A DNA stretch of 63,273 nt from Chara braunii (Eukaryota > Plantae > Charophyceae), in the NCBI GenBank assembly GCA_003427395.1, contig BFEA01000015.1, positions 2,130,349 through 2,193,621 of the forward strand, in the 5' to 3' direction. The position numbers and the translations under genes were made by a program. This document shows, piece by piece, positions 60,011 through 63,273 of this stretch (positions within the stretch are counted from its first letter, which is position 1; each line of letters begins with the position of its first letter). A model generated the notes under the pieces. That model worked only from the letters and a program-made list of their open reading frames with translations, made no database searches and was not told where the DNA came from.

Positions 60011-61972
60011 TGCCTGTCCTATTTGTGTTGCTTTTTCCCTGCCATGGCGCGCACGCCCTTGTCTCATTACTGCTTGGCGATGCGTGTACAGCAAGCACAC
60101 TTCAGTGTGAGTGTGTACATGTTTTCCGGTGCACTTTTAGGTGCAACAACTTATTCGTTTATCTTGGGTGGGCTTCATTCGCAATCCACCAGCACAGTGC
60201 ACCTCTTCAGTGAGACATCAGCAGAGCAAGAACCTGGTCGCAATGCGGCCAATCATCATGGGGTGCATGCATGCCTAGCCTGGCCTAGTGTTTCAAATTT
60301 TTGACCGAACTATTGCCACTCAGACAATCCAAGCATTTCAAATTGGAATCGACAAAGGAAGAAAAGGACATAGGGGCCTGATAAGGCACAAAAAATAAAG
60401 AAAGAAAAGATTTCCGAACGCTTGGAGAAAACTCTGCCGATCTTGATTACAATAATATACAGACCTGCCTTCTTTTTCAGTGATGGAAAGTCAAATCAGT
60501 GCAGCGACAATTGCTGCAGAGCCCGGGAAGATGATTCACTGCAAAAACTCACTCGCTGCAAATATCACAAGTAGGAGCTAGGGCGGAACACGCCGTGCGA
60601 CAGTCCTCCGTCGCTTGCCTCCGCTCCATCGGAGCTCATCGTCTTCCGCATCAGCTGAATCCTGTGCTTCAGGTGCAGTGCTGCTACAGTCCTCCACATT
60701 CAGAGCGTTTTCGCAAAGCCTATTCCTTGTCGTCTTTCTACTACTCCCAGGACCACCTCGATGGGGTGTCGATGCGACTTCTTCTTGACGTTGTGGTTGA
60801 CTTTCCACTTCCCGATGAGGCATCAAGTCGTCCTCGTTTTCCAGCCGCTCCTGCATGTCCTGTGACATAAACAATGACATAAAAACCGCCCAAACCGGTA
60901 TGTTACTCCACTCCTCATTTCACTTTGAATATTTTTTTCTTCCCTTACCTTCTTTAAGGGAATAGCGGGTCTGGCGTCACGCTCCCGCCAGGCCCGGCTG
61001 CCACTCTTGGGAACGAGTCGGGGACACCAGGGATGGGCCCGGCAGACACCCGGGGCGTCGTTTTTTTTTTCCTCTTTTGCCTCGCGCGTGGCATGGTTCC
61101 AGAAGTTTCTCGCGCCCAGCGCCGCGACGTGGGGAGATACACCGGTCGTTCGTATGAGACTGAATCTGCTCTGGAACATGGGGAGATACACAGGTTCCCT
61201 TTTGTTCGTTTGTTTCGTTTCTTTTTTTTTTGTCGTTTTGCCAGTTTCCTTTTGTTCGTTTCTTTCCTTTTTTTTCTTTTTTCTGTCTTTTTGCGGGCCC
61301 GTTGTTTTCGTTTTGGCCTGAGGGCCTCGCTGCACTTCTCTCCAAATGTGCAAATGAGACTGAATCCACTGCTAGAACACGGAGAAATACATTGCCATCT
61401 TTTTTGTCTTTTGCGCACGTGGAGAGTACCAAGCGTCTTTCCTTTTTTTTGTCGTTTTGCAGGCCCTCCATCGGGAAAGTTCGTTTAGCATGGCTCCTGC
61501 GCAAGGGTCACATTTGCAAATCGAGGGGGACGTCGCACAGCTGCGAGTTCACGCACAGCACCTGCGGCGTGCGTGTTGCTTTTCCGTGTCCGACAAAGGC
61601 GGTGGGGACGAACGGGATGAGCGGGAGGGGGGGGGTGGAAGGGTGAGGACCAGGGCNNNNNNNNNNNNNNNNNNNNNNNNNNNNNNNNNNNNNNNNNNNN
61701 NNNNNNNNNNNNNNNNNNNNNNNNNNNNNNNNNNNNNNNNNNNNNNNNNNNNNNNNNNNNNNNNNNNNNNNNNNNNNNNNNNNNNNNNNNNNNNNNNNNN
61801 NNNNNNNNNNNNNNNNNNNNNNNNNNNNNNNNNNNNNNNNNNNNNNNNNNNNNNNNNNNNNNNNNNNNNNNNNNNNNNNNNNNNNNNNNNNNNNNNNNNN
61901 NNNNNNNNNNNNNNNNNNNNNNNNNNNNNNNNNNNNNNNNNNNNNNNNNNNNNNNNNNNNNNNNNNGTCAAG

Positions 61973-62005
61973 CTGTCTCTTATACACATCTAGATGTGTA
62001 TAAGA
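61973..62005. other. Junction adapter remnant (artefact)
   Basis: CTGTCTCTTATACACATCTAGATGTGTATAAGA next to an N-gap. Confidence 0.95.
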
Positions 62006-62046
62006 CCCTGCTCCTAGTCCCCGCCGCAGTCGCGGCGGGCATCCTC

Positions 62047-62136
62047 CTTGTTCTCAATTTATGTGTGTTGTCCTTCAGCAGAGGCCATGCTAATCTTCTC
62101 TGTCTCGTTCCAATTTTCAGAGACGTCCCAAAGGAC
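62047..62136 (-). ncRNA. U6: U6 snRNA-derived pseudogene, copy 5
   Basis: GTCCTTTGGGACGTCTCTGAAAATTGGAACGAGACAGAGAAGATTAGCATGGCCTCTGCTGAAGGACAACACACATAAATTGAGAA. Confidence 0.88.
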
Positions 62137-63273
62137 ATTCGTTTGCTTGTGCGTTGAACCTTTTTCTTTCTTCCTTTTTCTCTCTCTAAATTTTAACACA
62201 ATTTGGTCAGGTGACCAGAGTCGCCCAACTGAGCCCGCCTGGCATGGCGGTTCGGTCCAGGCAAGTCAAGACCCCACTCGCAGGGGCCGGGCAGGTGAAA
62301 ATTTGACCAAATTTCTTTTTTTTTTTTTTTTAATCTGGCTTCGGGCCTGGTCTGCACTCAGTCTGAGCTGTCAGAATCCGGCCTTATCTTTGAACTCAGC
62401 ACCCCCATTCTGAATATATTCAAGCTCTCTTCCGAGTACCATACAGTCATAATCAGGGTGCATTGTGTTCGGGGGATCGTAGGGCTGTCTGGAGGGTATA
62501 ATTGGGGTTTAAAGAGGTTTACAGGGGGTTAAAGCCGTTTAAAGCAGTTTAAAGGGCGTTAAAGGGCCTTTGAATTTGGCACATACCTGATTTCAGATCC
62601 TGATGGACTCACAGTGGACACAACAATGTTAGGGCCTTTGGGGGGTAGTAATCACTTCGAAAAAAATAAAATAAAAATTGTTCGGTTAGCTCGCTCCTCT
62701 GTTTACATCTGCATCCGCACTCCACGTAGCAGATTGGCTGTCTCTGGCATACTGTAGCTGCAACCACGAGATTACTTCCTGAAAGTTGAGATGCAAGGCT
62801 GCAAGGTCATTGCAGCTCTGAGTGAACGCCAACGCCAGCAAAGCAGGGGTCATGGTCATGATGCAACAGGTAGTTAGTTGCCTGTTGGCCCCAAGTCGGA
62901 TCCCCAATCAGGCACACTACCTGACCCGGTAGAGACCATGCTGGAGGCAGTTCCCACTTGCCCGGGAGCCCAGACGCGGGCCAAAAGAGCAGGCTAGGTC
63001 AGAGCAAGCAGATCAGGGCAGCGGGCATTTGTGCGCACAAGCACTTGCAGAGTAGCTAGCGGCAAGCAAGACAGCCAGCACCCCAGTGAAGACCCCAGTG
63101 AAGCAGCACTGGCGGTACGCTGTGTGCACATGCACTCACCATAGCAGAAGGGAGGCGAGGCACAGTGAGGAGAGAGGAGGAGAGGTGGAAGGGAAGGTCC
63201 ACTTGCCTTGTATACAGCAGGAGAGCACCTACATGATCAGACTCTTCAGCTGCATCTGGTGAGAGAGAGAGAG

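Noticed and set aside
59773-60213. Harbinger-like FSILRGRFRC in this ORF
   Set aside because: Another frame gives a much longer match to Gypsy RT

Overview
Eukaryotic, gene-poor, repeat-rich draft scaffold, probably from a charophyte alga such as Chara. That assignment is inferred from the organellar inserts, notably a group II intron joined to a tRNA-Asn 3' exon. It has five N-gaps and five Nextera mate-pair adapter remnants. I found no intact host protein-coding gene. Contents: (1) a full-length but decayed chromovirus-type Ty3/Gypsy element (40404-50417, minus strand) with a tandemly duplicated chromodomain and two nested inserts; (2) an internally deleted PIF/Harbinger element with TIRs and a TAA TSD; (3) decayed L1/Tx1-like LINEs and tRNA-derived SINEs; (4) six hAT-type MITEs with 8-bp TSDs, plus other MITEs; (5) plastid fragments (psaJ, ndhB, ndhA) and mitochondrial-type fragments (group II maturases, trnN intron end). 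The two most unusual signals are a frameshifted relic resembling a positive-strand RNA virus RdRp, with motifs F-A-B-C in order and a triplicated C-terminal module (55415-57420, minus), and five divergent U6 snRNA-derived sequences within about 10 kb around it, two of them fused to a shared 3' body. All protein assignments are by-eye motif recognition; no searches were run.
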